Source of the DNA: an uncultured Bacteroidota bacterium
GTDB lineage: Bacteria > Bacteroidota > Ignavibacteria > UBA10030 > UBA6906
DNA: 64,000 nt
Direction of reading: 5' to 3'
Assembly (NCBI GenBank): GCA_963734955.1
Contig: CAVTJO010000010.1
Location: forward strand, 8,352 to 72,351
Shown here: piece after piece, positions 63,055 through 64,000 of the stretch
Position numbering within the stretch: the stretch's first letter is position 1
Layout of the letters: each line of letters opens with the position of its first letter
Notes under the pieces: model-generated
Seen by the model: the letters and a program-made list of their open reading frames with translations, nothing else
What the model was told of the DNA's origin: nothing
Database searches by the model: none
Position numbers and translations under genes: made by a program

Positions 63055-64000
63055 TTACTTTTCCCGGGCGTCACGTTGCGTTCCCCGGAGTGACGCAATG
63101 CATTTCTCATAACCGTGAATGAACCCGGTCCGGAAGTACCGTTTCTCCAACACGCCCCGATCCTCCCGCAACAACTCCTGGTGCATCTGGTTCGACATTT
63201 GTGTCGCCTTCCATTGCAGCAGGAACGGAATCAACCGATACGGAATCTCCATCGGACCGAGCCTGAGCTTCGATTGGGCCAACTGGTTCCGAAAGATATC
63301 GGCGTTCGTCTTCTGAAGGAGCTTCTGCACCCCATCATCAACGCTGGTGCGGTACCCGTCAAGCAATGCCACGACATGCACAATGAACTCATCGAGTTCC
63401 CTCTGCAGGGCGGCACTCTGGGCGGCAAATTCCTCTTCCGATGTCGATCCTTCCAGCAATGACTCAATTGCGGTTTCAGGAGAGAGAAGCGCCGATAATT
63501 CCCCATTCACTATCATCGTGGCACCGAGAAACTCGTTGCGGAACGACGAGCGCCCGCGTAGAAGCTTTGAAAATGCTTCGAGCAAACGTTTCGTCGTGTC
63601 AATCAGCCGCAATGTGGAAACTGCTGCGGACTGTGCTGCCGGCTGCGGCTCTCGATGTTGTTGCTCCTGCTGTTGCCGGGAGGAGAGGCTTTCAAGAGAC
63701 TCGTGCAACCTCCGGTTTTCTTCCTTCAAACGATCACGCTCGGCCTCAACCTCCCGCAAATTCGCTGCCAGGCCCTCTATATCGGAAGATTCGAGGCGCC
63801 CAATGATATCGGCGAGTGCCTGTTTGAGTTGTGCACGCTTTTGAACGTAAGCTGGATTCGCATACTCCTCGGTAACCCGTGCGAGTTGCGCTTCCACGTC
63901 GTGCGAAACAACGGGTGCCGCAACGCTCGCCTTTACAGGCTCATGTTTCGCGGGCTTGTGTCCAAAGCCAAGTATCTCAAGAACATACTCTCCAATCCGC
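63055..64000 (-). CDS. T6SS FHA-domain protein TagH/Fha, 5' end outside the window
   Basis: The frame is open to the window edge (RIGEYVLEI, the last FHA strand), followed by a coiled coil and a TagH-like C-terminal domain (R..FRNEF, ALLDG, F...F..GYE). Confidence 0.75.
   Translation of the reverse strand, partial: RIGEYVLEILGFGHKPAKHEPVKASVAAPVVSHDVEAQLARVTEEYANPAYVQKRAQLKQALADIIGRLESSDIEGLAANLREVEAERDRLKEENRRLHESLESLSSRQQQEQQHREPQPAAQSAAVSTLRLIDTTKRLLEAFSKLLRGRSSFRNEFLGATMIVNGELSALLSPETAIESLLEGSTSEEEFAAQSAALQRELDEFIVHVVALLDGYRTSVDDGVQKLLQKTNADIFRNQLAQSKLRLGPMEIPYRLIPFLLQWKATQMSNQMHQELLREDRGVLEKRYFRTGFIHGYEKCIASLRGTQRDAREK

Noticed and set aside
1-64000. tRNA, rRNA, transposase, integrase or prophage genes
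   Set aside because: None recognised by eye; the phage-like genes are all T6SS components.

Overview
About 54-55% GC by eye. The host is inferred to be an FCB-group bacterium, probably Ignavibacteria-like, from the NYPNPFNPST-type T9SS C-terminal sorting domains, the PorV-family gene and a canonical TTGACA-N17-TATACT promoter. There are three blocks, nearly all on the minus strand. (1) 1-17.5 kb: a pectin/rhamnogalacturonan utilisation locus with no recognisable susD (TonB-dependent transporter, 750-aa CTD-bearing protein, PorV-like barrel, second barrel, T9SS cargo, GH28, GH105, LacI, CE12 fusion, deleted cargo paralog, PL9). (2) 18-25 kb: miscellaneous genes (SH3 protein, DCC-LMF fusion, c-type cytochromes, methyltransferase, OM barrel, DUF6901-like). 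(3) 25.5-64 kb: a proteobacterial-type (subtype i) T6SS, fha-tssK-L-M-tagF-tssA-B-C-hcp-tssE-F-G-clpV. It is followed by an unusual accessory arm: three repeats of a 'TTR/Ig adaptor then enzyme effector' pair, including a 1170-aa NlpC-like/PG-binding/C39-like/GH75 protein, plus vgrG, a DcrB-like chaperone, a natural TssB-TssC fusion, an FHA-TM-lytic transglycosylase and a PP2C phosphatase. About ten single-base indels break otherwise intact genes and most likely reflect sequencing error. All calls are from motif recognition by eye; no database searches were run.
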